From positions 26,050 through 90,049 of the forward strand of contig NZ_DASRTS010000035.1 of assembly GCF_035655815.1 (NCBI RefSeq): DNA of 64,000 bases. The letters are read 5' to 3'. This DNA is from Lysobacter sp. Lineage in GTDB: Bacteria; Pseudomonadota; Gammaproteobacteria; Xanthomonadales; Xanthomonadaceae. Both the position numbers and the translations under genes were made by a program. Numbering within the stretch: the stretch's first letter is position 1; every line of letters starts with the position of its first letter. The notes under the pieces are model-generated. The model saw only the letters and a list, made by a program, of their open reading frames with translations. It made no database searches and was not told the DNA's origin. This document shows, piece after piece, positions 15,998-24,104 of this stretch.

Positions 15998-16035
15998 CCA
16001 AAAAAACGAACGCGCCCCGGAGGTCCGGGGCGCGT
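15998..16035 (-). terminator. Rho-independent terminator of nrdJ (possibly also stops the convergent isochorismatase gene)
   Basis: 11-bp stem ACGCGCCCCGG / CCGGGGCGCGT with a 4-nt loop. On the minus strand it is followed by TCGTTTTTTTGGG. Confidence 0.8.
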
Positions 16036-16102
16036 CGTCGTCATCATCGCGGCGGAAGGCGCGGCTCAAGTACTGCCGTGAGCCTTCCGACGGGCAAGGT
16101 CG

Positions 16103-18256
16103 TCAGAACTTGCCGTAATACCCTTCCTTGAGCGCGTCGAACAGGTTGGCGGCGGTGTGCATCTCGCCGTCGTACTCGATCTGCTCGTTGCCCTTCACTT
16201 CCAGCACGCTGCCGTCTTCCAGTTCGAAGCGGTAGGTGGTGTTCTCCAGGTCCGCTTCCTTCACCAGCACGCCCTGGAAGGCGGCCGGGTTGAAGCGGAA
16301 CGTGGTGCAGCCCTTCAGGCCCTGCTGGTGCGCGTAGCGGTAGATGTCCTTGAACTGCTCGTACGGATAGTCCGTCGGCACGTTGGCGGTCTTGGAGATC
16401 GAGCTGTCTACCCACTTCTGCGCGGCCGCCTGCACGTCGACGTGTTCTTTCGGCGTGATGTCGTCGGCGGCGATGAAGTAGTCCGGCAGCTTCGCATCCG
16501 GCTCTTCGGAGAACGGCATCGCCTTGGCGTTGATCAGTTCGCGGTAGGCCAGCAGCTCATAGCTGTAGACGTCGACCTTTTCCTTGGTCTTCTTGCCTTC
16601 GCGGATCACGTTGCGGCTGTAGTGGTGCGCAAACGAGGGCTCGATGCCGTTGGACGCGTTGTTGGCCAGCGACAGCGAGATGGTGCCGGTCGGCGCGATC
16701 GAGCTGTGGTGGGTGAAGCGTGCGCCGGTGTCGGCCAGTTCGTCGACCAGTTCCGGCGCGACTTCGGCGATGCGCTGCATGTAGCGGCTGTAGCGCGCGT
16801 GCAGCACGCGGCCCGGGATTTCCTGGCCGATCTTCCAGCCGTCCTTCTTCATCTCCGGACGCTTGCGCAGCATCTCGGCGGTGACGGTGAACACCTCGTC
16901 CATGATCGGCGCGGCGCCCTTTTCCTTCGCCAGCGCCAGGCCCATTTCCCAGCCGGCCACGGCCATCTCGCGGGCGATGCGCTCGGTGAACTCGCACGAT
17001 TCCTTGCTGCCGTACTTCATCTTCAGCATGGTCACGGTGCTGCCCAGGCCCAGGAAGCCCATGCCGTGCCGGCGCTTGCGCATGATCTCGTCGCGTTGCT
17101 GCGGCAGCGGCAGGCCGTTCACCTCGACCACGTTGTCGAGCATGCGGGTGAACACGCGCACGACTTCCTTGTATTCCTCCCAGTCGAAGGAGGCCTTGTC
17201 GGTGAACGGGTCGCGCACGAATTTGGTCAGGTTGACCGAGCCCAGCAGGCAGGCGCCGTACGCCGGCAGCGGCTGCTCGCCGCACGGATTGGTGGCGCGG
17301 ATGTTCTCGCACCACCAGTTGTTGTTCATCTCGTTGACGCGGTCGATGAGGATGAAGCCCGGCTCGGCGTAGTCGTACGTCGAGACCATGATCATGTCCC
17401 ACAGGTGGCGCGCACGGATGTGGCCGTAGATGCGGCAGGCCACCAGGCCGTCGTCGCGGACGATGTAGTTGCGGTGGGTCGGCCACTCGCGCCACACCAC
17501 CTGGCTGGCGTCCGCCAGGTCCAGGTCGTCGCGCTCCTTCACGTGTACCGGGAACACCAGCGGCCAGTCGGCGTCCTGGTCCACCGCTTCCATGAAGCCG
17601 TCGGTGATCAGCAGCGAGAGGTTGAACTGGCGCAGGCGGCCGTCCTCGCGCTTGGCGCGGATGAAGTCCTTCACGTCCGGATGGCTGACGTCGAACGTGC
17701 CCATCTGCGCGCCGCGGCGACCGCCAGCGGAGGACACGGTGAAGCACATCTTGTCGTAGATATCCATGAAGGACATCGGGCCGGACGTGTACGCGCCGGC
17801 GCCGGCGACGAACGCGCCGCGCGGACGCAGCGTCGAGAACTCATAGCCGATGCCGCAACCGGCCTTCAGCGTCAGGCCGGCCTCGTGCACCTTCTCCAGG
17901 ATGCCGTCCATCGAGTCCTCGATGGTGCCCGACACGGTGCAGTTGATGGTCGAGGTGGCGGGCTTGTGCTCGAGCGCGCCGGCGTTGGAGGTGATGCGGC
18001 CGGCGGGAATCGCCCCGCGGCGCAGCGCCCACACGAAACGCTCGTTCCAGTACTGCTGCTTCTCGGACGTGGGCTCGGCCTCGGCCAGCGCCCTGGCCAC
18101 GCGCTGGTAGGTGGCGTCGATGTCGGCGTCCACCGCCTGGCCGGCCTTGGTCTTCAGCCGGTACTTCTTGTCCCAGATGTCCTGGGACGCGGGCTGCATC
18201 GGGATCTCCCGCTCGGCCGCGGCTGTCTTGACCGCCTCGAGGCGCACTGTGCTCAT
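16103..18256 (-). CDS. nrdJ: Class II (adenosylcobalamin-dependent) ribonucleoside-diphosphate reductase
   Basis: 717 aa. TNPCGEQPLPAYGACLLGSVNL active-site Cys/Glu block, SSIAPTGTISL, and the CTTFRFN C-terminal region. AGGAGA RBS. Confidence 0.9.
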   Translation of the reverse strand: MSTVRLEAVKTAAAEREIPMQPASQDIWDKKYRLKTKAGQAVDADIDATYQRVARALAEAEPTSEKQQYWNERFVWALRRGAIPAGRITSNAGALEHKPATSTINCTVSGTIEDSMDGILEKVHEAGLTLKAGCGIGYEFSTLRPRGAFVAGAGAYTSGPMSFMDIYDKMCFTVSSAGGRRGAQMGTFDVSHPDVKDFIRAKREDGRLRQFNLSLLITDGFMEAVDQDADWPLVFPVHVKERDDLDLADASQVVWREWPTHRNYIVRDDGLVACRIYGHIRARHLWDMIMVSTYDYAEPGFILIDRVNEMNNNWWCENIRATNPCGEQPLPAYGACLLGSVNLTKFVRDPFTDKASFDWEEYKEVVRVFTRMLDNVVEVNGLPLPQQRDEIMRKRRHGMGFLGLGSTVTMLKMKYGSKESCEFTERIAREMAVAGWEMGLALAKEKGAAPIMDEVFTVTAEMLRKRPEMKKDGWKIGQEIPGRVLHARYSRYMQRIAEVAPELVDELADTGARFTHHSSIAPTGTISLSLANNASNGIEPSFAHHYSRNVIREGKKTKEKVDVYSYELLAYRELINAKAMPFSEEPDAKLPDYFIAADDITPKEHVDVQAAAQKWVDSSISKTANVPTDYPYEQFKDIYRYAHQQGLKGCTTFRFNPAAFQGVLVKEADLENTTYRFELEDGSVLEVKGNEQIEYDGEMHTAANLFDALKEGYYGKF

Positions 18257-18514
18257 GCCTGTCCTGTCTCCTGTTGCGGGCGGCGGATCGGGACCGCCAC
18301 CGTGGATTCTTATGTTGGGTCCAGCCCCGTCGCGAACCGCTCAACGGCCAGCGACGGCTATGCCCGCGGCCGCGTTTCCGCGGTCGCGACGGCATCGGTT
18401 TTTCGTCGAATCTGCGCTCATCCTGCTCCGTTCCGCGCCCTCCCCCGAAGGCGCTCACAGCTCAGCAACTCAGGCCTGCGGAACCCCAAGTTTGGGCTCC
18501 TCCCGCCTGCACGA

Positions 18515-18530
18515 CCACTACATCTTGTGG
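18515..18530 (-). promoter_or_regulatory. Candidate NrdR box (CCACAAGATGTAGTGG on the nrdJ sense strand)
   Basis: 16-bp imperfect palindrome matching 12 of 16 positions of the acaCwAtATaTwGtgt NrdR consensus as I recall it. It lies just downstream of the predicted nrdJ -10 element. Only one box was found, whereas NrdR sites are usually paired. Confidence 0.4.
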
Positions 18531-18545
18531 CGAAGGCGAGGGGTC

Positions 18546-18574
18546 AAGCTACCCCCGCCTCCCGGAAGTGTCAA
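18546..18574 (-). promoter_or_regulatory. Candidate sigma70 promoter of nrdJ (TTGACA-N17-TAGCTT)
   Basis: Hexamers read on the minus strand: -35 at 18574-18569 and -10 at 18551-18546. This implies a 5' UTR of about 280 nt. Confidence 0.45.
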
Positions 18575-18700
18575 CGCTTTTTTGATGGCAGTCACGTGTT
18601 GTGACGAACGTCGGACGGGCCCTGGGCGCACCGGCACGCGACGGCGCATGGGCGCCTGCGAAACAGGCGCGACGGCGCTCGCAGGGATGCGCACGCGCGT

Positions 18701-18729
18701 GAAACTTCATCGCATATTTAGTGGTCTTT
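18701..18729 (+). promoter_or_regulatory. Candidate extracytoplasmic-stress (RpoE/AlgU-type) promoter upstream of the DegP-like gene
   Basis: GAAACTT-N16-GTCTTT resembles the GAACTT-N16/17-TCTGA/TCAAA consensus. It lies in an AT-rich patch about 120 nt upstream of the start codon. Confidence 0.35.
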
Positions 18730-18848
18730 GCAGACACTGGCCGCCTGCGGATTCCTTGCGGAGCCCGGTCACGACGGCCCCCGACCGTCTTGATCCGTGT
18801 CGCAGCGCCACGATCTACCACCCTGTTCACCTTCCACAGAACGACGCA

Positions 18849-20279
18849 ATGCGCCCTCTGCCGACCCTGCTCACGCTGACCCTGGCCGCCGCTTTCGGCG
18901 GCTTCGCCGCCACCGCGATCCGCGACGGCCTGGAGGCCCCTGCGAACGCTGCGCCCGCGGCCGCCGTTCCCACGCCCACGGTCGCGGCGCTGCCGGCGGT
19001 GGTCAGCGGCCAGCCGTTGCCGTCGCTGGCGCCGATGCTGGCACGGGTGACGCCGGCCGTGGTGAGCGTGCACACCAAGCAGCGCGTGCGGGTCAGTCCG
19101 TTCGGCAACGACCCGATCTTCCGCCGCATGTTCCCCGAGCTGTCGCAGGAGCGGATCAACGAGTCGCTGGGTTCGGGCGTGATCGTCGACGCGCAGCGCG
19201 GCTACGTGCTGACCAACCACCACGTGATCGAGGGCGCCGACGAGGTGTCGGTGACGCTGGCCGACGGCCGCACGCTGGCGGCCGAGTTCGTCGGCTCGGA
19301 CCCGGACACCGACGTGGCGCTGATGAAGATCCCGGCGCAGAACCTGACCGCCCTGCCACTGGCCAACTCCGACGCGCTGCGCGTGGGCGACTTCGTGGTG
19401 GCGGTGGGCAATCCGTTCGGCATCGGCCAGACGGTCACCTCCGGCATCGTGTCCGCGGTGGGCCGCACCGGGCTGCGCGGGCTGGGCTTCCAGAACTTCA
19501 TCCAGACCGACGCCTCGATCAACCCCGGCAATTCCGGCGGCGCGCTGGTCAACCTCAACGGCGAGCTGGTCGGCATCAACACCGCCAGTTTCAATCCGCG
19601 CGGCTCGGCGGCAGGCAACATCGGCCTGGGTTTCGCCATTCCCACCAGCCTGGCGCGCAACATCATGGGCCAGCTGATCGCCAACAACGGCGTGGTGATC
19701 CGCGGCACGCTCGGGCTTGAGTCGCAGGACGTCGATGCGCGCATCGCACAGGCGCTGGGCCTGGGCGAAGCGCGAGGCGCGGTGGTGACACAGGTGTTCA
19801 CCGGCGGGGCCGCCGCCAGCGCTGGCCTGAAGGTGGGCGACGTGATCGTCGGCGCCAACGAGGAACGCATCGACAGCCGCGACGAGCTGCGCAACTACGA
19901 AGGCCTGCAGCCGGTGGGCTCGCGCATCGCGCTGGACGTGCGCCGCGACGGCAAGCCGCTGAAACTCATGGCGACGCTGCGCGAGCAGCCGCGCTCGTTC
20001 GCCGGGCAGGAGATCGATCCGCGCCTGAGCGGCGCGGTGTTCGCCGAACTGCCCGAACGCCTGCGCCAGGCGGGTCTCTCGGGCGTGATGATCGAGTCGG
20101 TCGCGCGCGGCAGCCGCGCCGAGGCCAACAGCCTGCGCAAGGACGATGTGGTGATCGCCTCGAATACGGGAAACTTCGAGGACCTGCCGGGTTTCCGCGC
20201 GAGCTTCACGCAGGCTCCGGCACAGTTGGTACTGCGCATCCTCCGCGGCAACCGGCGGGCCGATCTGCTGATGCAGTGA
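18849..20279 (+). CDS. Periplasmic serine endoprotease, DegP/DegQ/MucD (HtrA) family, two PDZ domains
   Basis: Signal peptide; catalytic His (LTNHHVIEGA), Asp (DTDVALMKI) and Ser (GNSGGALVN); followed by two PDZ-like regions. Start at ATG 18849. Confidence 0.9.
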   Translation: MRPLPTLLTLTLAAAFGGFAATAIRDGLEAPANAAPAAAVPTPTVAALPAVVSGQPLPSLAPMLARVTPAVVSVHTKQRVRVSPFGNDPIFRRMFPELSQERINESLGSGVIVDAQRGYVLTNHHVIEGADEVSVTLADGRTLAAEFVGSDPDTDVALMKIPAQNLTALPLANSDALRVGDFVVAVGNPFGIGQTVTSGIVSAVGRTGLRGLGFQNFIQTDASINPGNSGGALVNLNGELVGINTASFNPRGSAAGNIGLGFAIPTSLARNIMGQLIANNGVVIRGTLGLESQDVDARIAQALGLGEARGAVVTQVFTGGAAASAGLKVGDVIVGANEERIDSRDELRNYEGLQPVGSRIALDVRRDGKPLKLMATLREQPRSFAGQEIDPRLSGAVFAELPERLRQAGLSGVMIESVARGSRAEANSLRKDDVVIASNTGNFEDLPGFRASFTQAPAQLVLRILRGNRRADLLMQ

Positions 20280-20323
20280 CGCCGCTACGCCGCCGCGCCC
20301 GTTCACGACACAGGAGCCGTTCG

Positions 20324-20743
20324 ATGAATACCAGCCCCAACGATCCGACCCTCACCGGCGGAACCGATACCGGCGCCTCGGCCACCACCAGCTACGGCGA
20401 AGGCCTGCGCACCAACCTCAACCAGGCCGGCGGCAGCCTCAAGCAGGCCGCCAGCGATGCCGGCACCGCGCTGCGCGACGCGGCCAGCGCCGCAGGCGAG
20501 GAGCTGCGCGTGGGCAAGGCCAACGTCAAGGCCGATCTGGCCGACAGCGCGCTGGCCGGAATTGCCGCGGCCGAGAACGCCGGCGGTGCCGCGCGCGAGC
20601 AGGTCGACGCGCTGATGGACAAGGGCCGCGACCTGATCGACAGCGCCGCCGAGCTCATCCGCGAACGTCCGCTGGCGTCGTTCGGCGTCGCCTTCGCGGC
20701 GGGCTGGATCATCGCCAAGCTGGCGCGCAGCGGCGACAAGTAA
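20324..20743 (+). CDS. DUF883/YqjD-ElaB family stress-associated, C-terminally membrane-anchored protein
   Basis: 139 aa, Ala/Gly-rich helical region, and the conserved C-terminal tail IRERPLASFGVAFAAGWIIAKL. AGGAG RBS at 20312-20316. Confidence 0.75.
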   Translation: MNTSPNDPTLTGGTDTGASATTSYGEGLRTNLNQAGGSLKQAASDAGTALRDAASAAGEELRVGKANVKADLADSALAGIAAAENAGGAAREQVDALMDKGRDLIDSAAELIRERPLASFGVAFAAGWIIAKLARSGDK

Positions 20744-20746
20744 GCC

Positions 20747-21292
20747 GTGAGCGAACCCGGCGAGGAACGCCAGGCCAAGGACACGGCGCCCGAGCCACCC
20801 GACCTGGCCGAGTCGCTGCGCGAGATCGGCGCCACCGCCAAGGCCAGCCTGGGCGCCACCGCCGCGTCCGCGCGCGCACTGCGCACGCTGGTGGCGGCCG
20901 ACCTGTCGCTGGCGCGCAGCGCACTCGGGCGTGCGCTCACCTTCGCCGGGGTAGCTATCGTGTTCGGTGCGTCCGCTTGGCTGCTGCTGATGGCCACGCT
21001 GGTGGCGCTGCTGCGCACGTTCGGCGTGTCGTGGCTGGTGGCGATGCTGATCGCCGCAGGGATCAGCCTGGCGGTGACGATCTTCGCCGGCGTGCGCGCC
21101 ATGCATTACTTCGAACACACCCGCCTGCAGGCGACGCGTCGCCAGCTGGCCCGTCTGGGCATCGGCGAACTGGCCGACCTGATGCCCACGCCGGACTCGG
21201 CCGAGTCCGCGCGTGCGGCGGCGGAGAAACTGCGCGAGGATGCGGAGAAGCTCCCGCGCAAGCCCGACGGCATCGACATCACCCCGCCCTGA
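20747..21292 (+). CDS. Phage-holin-3_6 / YqjE-like membrane protein
   Basis: 181 aa with a GTG start. Two adjacent hydrophobic helices (VAIVFGASAWLLLMATLVALL, WLVAMLIAAGISLAVTIFAGV). It occupies the second position of a yqjD-yqjE-yqjK-like operon. Confidence 0.65.
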   Translation: MSEPGEERQAKDTAPEPPDLAESLREIGATAKASLGATAASARALRTLVAADLSLARSALGRALTFAGVAIVFGASAWLLLMATLVALLRTFGVSWLVAMLIAAGISLAVTIFAGVRAMHYFEHTRLQATRRQLARLGIGELADLMPTPDSAESARAAAEKLREDAEKLPRKPDGIDITPP

Positions 21293-21293
21293 C

Positions 21294-21770
21294 ATGGCAC
21301 GCCAGAAAGTCAAAGCGCTGCGCTTCGAGCAGCTCATCGCCAAGGTCCAGCAGGCCGAGGACATGCTGGAAGCGCAGGAACGCAGCGTCGCGGCGGACCT
21401 GCGCCAGTTGCGGGATACGTGGCGCAAGGCGTGGACGCCGGGGCGCATCGTCATCGCCGGCCTGGCCAGCGGTTTTCTGATCGGACGCGCCGAGCCCGGC
21501 CGCGCGATCGGCAAGAGCGGACAGCTGATGCACCTGGTGTCGATGGTGTCGAGCCTGTTCGCCGGCGGCAGCGCCCAGGCCGCCGCCGAAGAGGCCGGCG
21601 AAGCGAAGGAAGAAGTGCGCGAGGCCGCCCCCGCCGCGGCAGCAGCGGCCGCCGTCGACGAAGTGCCGCCTGCCGTGCGTGCGCCCGACGAGGAGGTAGT
21701 GGCGCTGGCGCGTGCGGAAGCCGCGTTGCGCGCCGCGCGCACCGCCACCGTCGACCAGGTGCAGCCTTGA
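21294..21770 (+). CDS. YqjK-like protein (single TM, coiled-coil N-terminus)
   Basis: 158 aa starting 1 nt after the upstream stop. It has one hydrophobic segment (GRIVIAGLASGFLIG) and occupies the third position of the yqjDEK-like operon. Confidence 0.55.
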   Translation: MARQKVKALRFEQLIAKVQQAEDMLEAQERSVAADLRQLRDTWRKAWTPGRIVIAGLASGFLIGRAEPGRAIGKSGQLMHLVSMVSSLFAGGSAQAAAEEAGEAKEEVREAAPAAAAAAAVDEVPPAVRAPDEEVVALARAEAALRAARTATVDQVQP

Positions 21771-22885
21771 ACGCGTCGCCACCCGCCGCCGAACCCTCGT
21801 CCGAGGATCCGGCCGAACAACCCGCCAGTCGTCCTCCACCGCCGCGTCCGCGTTCGCCAACCGCGGTGGTCGTGCTCGCGGTGCTGGCCGTCGGCTTCAC
21901 GCTGTGGGCCGCGCAGGAATTGATCCTGCCGATCCTGCTGGCGATGTTCTTCGCGCTGGTGGGCAACCCCATCATCCGTGGCCTGCAGCGGCTGCACGTG
22001 CCGCGCTTCATCGGCGCGGTGATGGTGCTGCTGGGCGGCCTGTCGGTCGGCATGGCACTGGCCAACCAGCTGATCGAGCCCGCCGGCGAATGGATCCGCC
22101 AGGTGCCGCGCGAGATGAAGCAGATCGCGCCGAAGCTGCGCGACCTGACCAAGCCGATGCTCGACGCGAACAAGGCGGCGCAGAACATCGCGCGCGCCGC
22201 CGGCGGCGAAAGCACCTCGCGTCCGGTGCAGGTGATCCGCACCGAACTCAACGAGCCCTACAAGGTGCTGACGGCGACGCCGCGCCGCATCGCCTCGGTG
22301 CTGGCGGTGGTGCTGCTGACGTTCTTCTTCATGGTGTACGGGCAGACGCTGCAGCGAAACGCCATCGCCCTGCTGCCCACGCGCCAGCAGAAGAAGCTGA
22401 CGGTGGACATCCTGCATTCGATCGAGCGCGAGATCTCGCGCTACGTGCTCACCATCACCGTCATCAACACCGCGGTGGGCCTGGCGCTGGCGGGCGCGCT
22501 GTACTGGCTGGGCGTGCCGCTGCCCGAATCGCTGCTGTGGGGCACGATGGCGGCGATCCTCAATTTCGCGCCCTACGTCGGCCCGCTGATCGGCATCATC
22601 ATCATGCTGCTGATGGGCTTCGTCGCGTTCGACGAGCTGTTCCCGTCACTGCTGCCGGCCGGCATCTACCTGCTGCTGCACACGCTGGAAAGCCAGATCG
22701 TCACGCCCATCATCCTGGGCCGCAGCATGCGCCTGTCGCCGCTGATCCTGATCCTGGCGCTGATGGTCTTCGGCTGGCTATGGGGCATCATCGGCCTGCT
22801 GCTGGCGGTGCCGCTGCTGGTGTGCATCAAGCTGGTGCTGGCGCGCATCGAGGGCCTGGAAGGCTGGGCGCGGTTGCTGGAATGA
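21767..22885 (+). CDS. AI-2E family transporter (PerM/YhhT-like permease)
   Basis: Multi-helix membrane protein with a conserved C-terminal region (LNFAPYVGPLIG..., LLHTLESQIVTPIILGRSMRLSPL, GLLLAVPLL). The start is uncertain. I chose TTG 21767, which overlaps the previous stop; downstream in-frame starts are possible. Confidence 0.75.
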   Translation: MNASPPAAEPSSEDPAEQPASRPPPPRPRSPTAVVVLAVLAVGFTLWAAQELILPILLAMFFALVGNPIIRGLQRLHVPRFIGAVMVLLGGLSVGMALANQLIEPAGEWIRQVPREMKQIAPKLRDLTKPMLDANKAAQNIARAAGGESTSRPVQVIRTELNEPYKVLTATPRRIASVLAVVLLTFFFMVYGQTLQRNAIALLPTRQQKKLTVDILHSIEREISRYVLTITVINTAVGLALAGALYWLGVPLPESLLWGTMAAILNFAPYVGPLIGIIIMLLMGFVAFDELFPSLLPAGIYLLLHTLESQIVTPIILGRSMRLSPLILILALMVFGWLWGIIGLLLAVPLLVCIKLVLARIEGLEGWARLLE

Positions 22886-22892
22886 CGAAGGA

Positions 22893-22918
22893 CGGAAGTC
22901 CCGCGGACGGGACTTCCG
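22893..22918. terminator. Hairpin between convergent genes (11-bp stem CGGAAGTCCCG / CGGGACTTCCG)
   Basis: Perfect inverted repeat with a CGGA loop, 8 nt after the AI-2E stop and 17 nt before the convergent stop. No clear U-tract. Confidence 0.5.
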
Positions 22919-22934
22919 GTGCGGCCCGTGCGCC

Positions 22935-23162
22935 TCAGTCGGGACACTGCAACGGCACGATCGTGTACGTGTCCGTGCGCTGGCCGGTGAAGCTGTAGCT
23001 GTTGTCGCAGTGGCCGATCTGCCAGCCCACGGCGTTGCCCGCCTCGTCGTAGAACGTCATCACGTAAGGCCAGCGACCCGCGACGACGGTGCCGGCGACC
23101 ATGAGTGCCAGCAGGGCCGCGACGGCGAGCAAGCGGCGTGGGGAACTGCTCGGGTGGCGCAT
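22935..23162 (-). CDS. Small secreted or membrane-anchored hypothetical protein (75 aa, two Cys)
   Basis: ATG 23160-23162 with a GGAGGA RBS. Signal/anchor RRLLAVAALLALMVAGTVVAG, followed by a 45-aa domain with Cys...Cys. Confidence 0.55.
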   Translation of the reverse strand: MRHPSSSPRRLLAVAALLALMVAGTVVAGRWPYVMTFYDEAGNAVGWQIGHCDNSYSFTGQRTDTYTIVPLQCPD

Positions 23163-23387
23163 ACATCCTCCAGCGTTGGGCCGGGGCGCGAGCCGTCCTG
23201 GGCGCACCGGCGACGGGATTGCGGCACGCGCGCCGGGGTCCGGGCGGCTCCACGGGTGCCGCGACCTGCTTACACCGCACCGGAGGCCCGAACCGGGACG
23301 GTGACCACGGATGAGGCCTCCCGGCGGCTGCCTCGCGACGGACGGCGCCACCACGGGGGAACGCGGCCGGCAGGCTAAAATGTGGGA

Positions 23388-24104
23388 ATGCCGTTATCCA
23401 TCCGCGCGATCACCCTCGACCTCGATGACACGCTCTGGCCGTTCGCCCCGATCGGCGAGCGCGTGGAGCGCGTGCTGCACGCATGGCTGCTGCAGCACTG
23501 CCCGCGTACGGCGCAGCAGTATCCCGCCGAGGCGATGCGCGAACTGCGCGCGCGGATCCATGAGGAGCACCCGCACCTGGCGCACGACCTGTCGGGACTG
23601 CGCAAGCTGACGCTGGCGCGCGCGATGGAGCTCAGTGGCGACGATCCGGCGCAGGCCGATGTCGCCTTCGAAGCGTTCTTCATCGAACGCAACCGCGTGG
23701 AGTTCTACGAGGACGTGCTGCCCGCGCTGGAGCGCCTGGCCGCGCGCGTGCCGCTGGCGGCGCTGAGCAACGGTAATGCCGATCTCACCCGCATCGGCGT
23801 GCACCATCACTTCGCGTTCCAGCTGGGCGCGTTCGAACACGGCACGCCCAAGCCCGCCGCCAGCATCTTCCATGCCGCATGCACACGCCTGAGCGTGTCG
23901 CCGCACGAGGTGCTGCACGTGGGCGACGACATCGACATGGATGTGGTGGGCGCGCATCGCGCGGGCCTGCGCAGTTGCTGGCTCAACCGCACCGGCGCCG
24001 CATGGCCGCATGCCGACGTGCAACCCGATCTTCAGTTCACCACCCTCGCCGAACTGGCCGACTGGCTGGACGCGGCCCACTCCCCGGAAAACGTCGCCGC
24101 ATGA
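23388..24104 (+). CDS. HAD-superfamily hydrolase (subfamily IA)
   Basis: ITLDLDDTLW (motif I), SNGNAD (motif II), K...HVGDDIDMDVVGA (motifs III/IV). Confidence 0.8.
   Translation: MPLSIRAITLDLDDTLWPFAPIGERVERVLHAWLLQHCPRTAQQYPAEAMRELRARIHEEHPHLAHDLSGLRKLTLARAMELSGDDPAQADVAFEAFFIERNRVEFYEDVLPALERLAARVPLAALSNGNADLTRIGVHHHFAFQLGAFEHGTPKPAASIFHAACTRLSVSPHEVLHVGDDIDMDVVGAHRAGLRSCWLNRTGAAWPHADVQPDLQFTTLAELADWLDAAHSPENVAA

Noticed and set aside
18257-18545. Cobalamin riboswitch in the nrdJ leader
   Set aside because: Only loose resemblance to the GGGAA...GGTG...CCCGC core and to the B12 box. Key conserved strings (GCCACTG, AGxCxGGAAGACCTGCC) are absent. It is reported only as something to test with a covariance model.
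16157-18604. 815-aa plus-strand ORF antisense to nrdJ, and analogous giants (39238-42075, 48378-51164, 51113-53035, 10597-11727, 29199-30791 and others)
   Set aside because: These are shadow ORFs typical of high-GC DNA. They are extremely rich in Arg/Ala/Gly/His with no motifs, and each lies exactly opposite a CDS with clear family signatures.
20747-21292. Holin-family protein as evidence of a prophage lysis cassette
   Set aside because: No endolysin, spanin or other phage genes are nearby. The gene sits in the conserved yqjD-yqjE-yqjK-like cellular operon.
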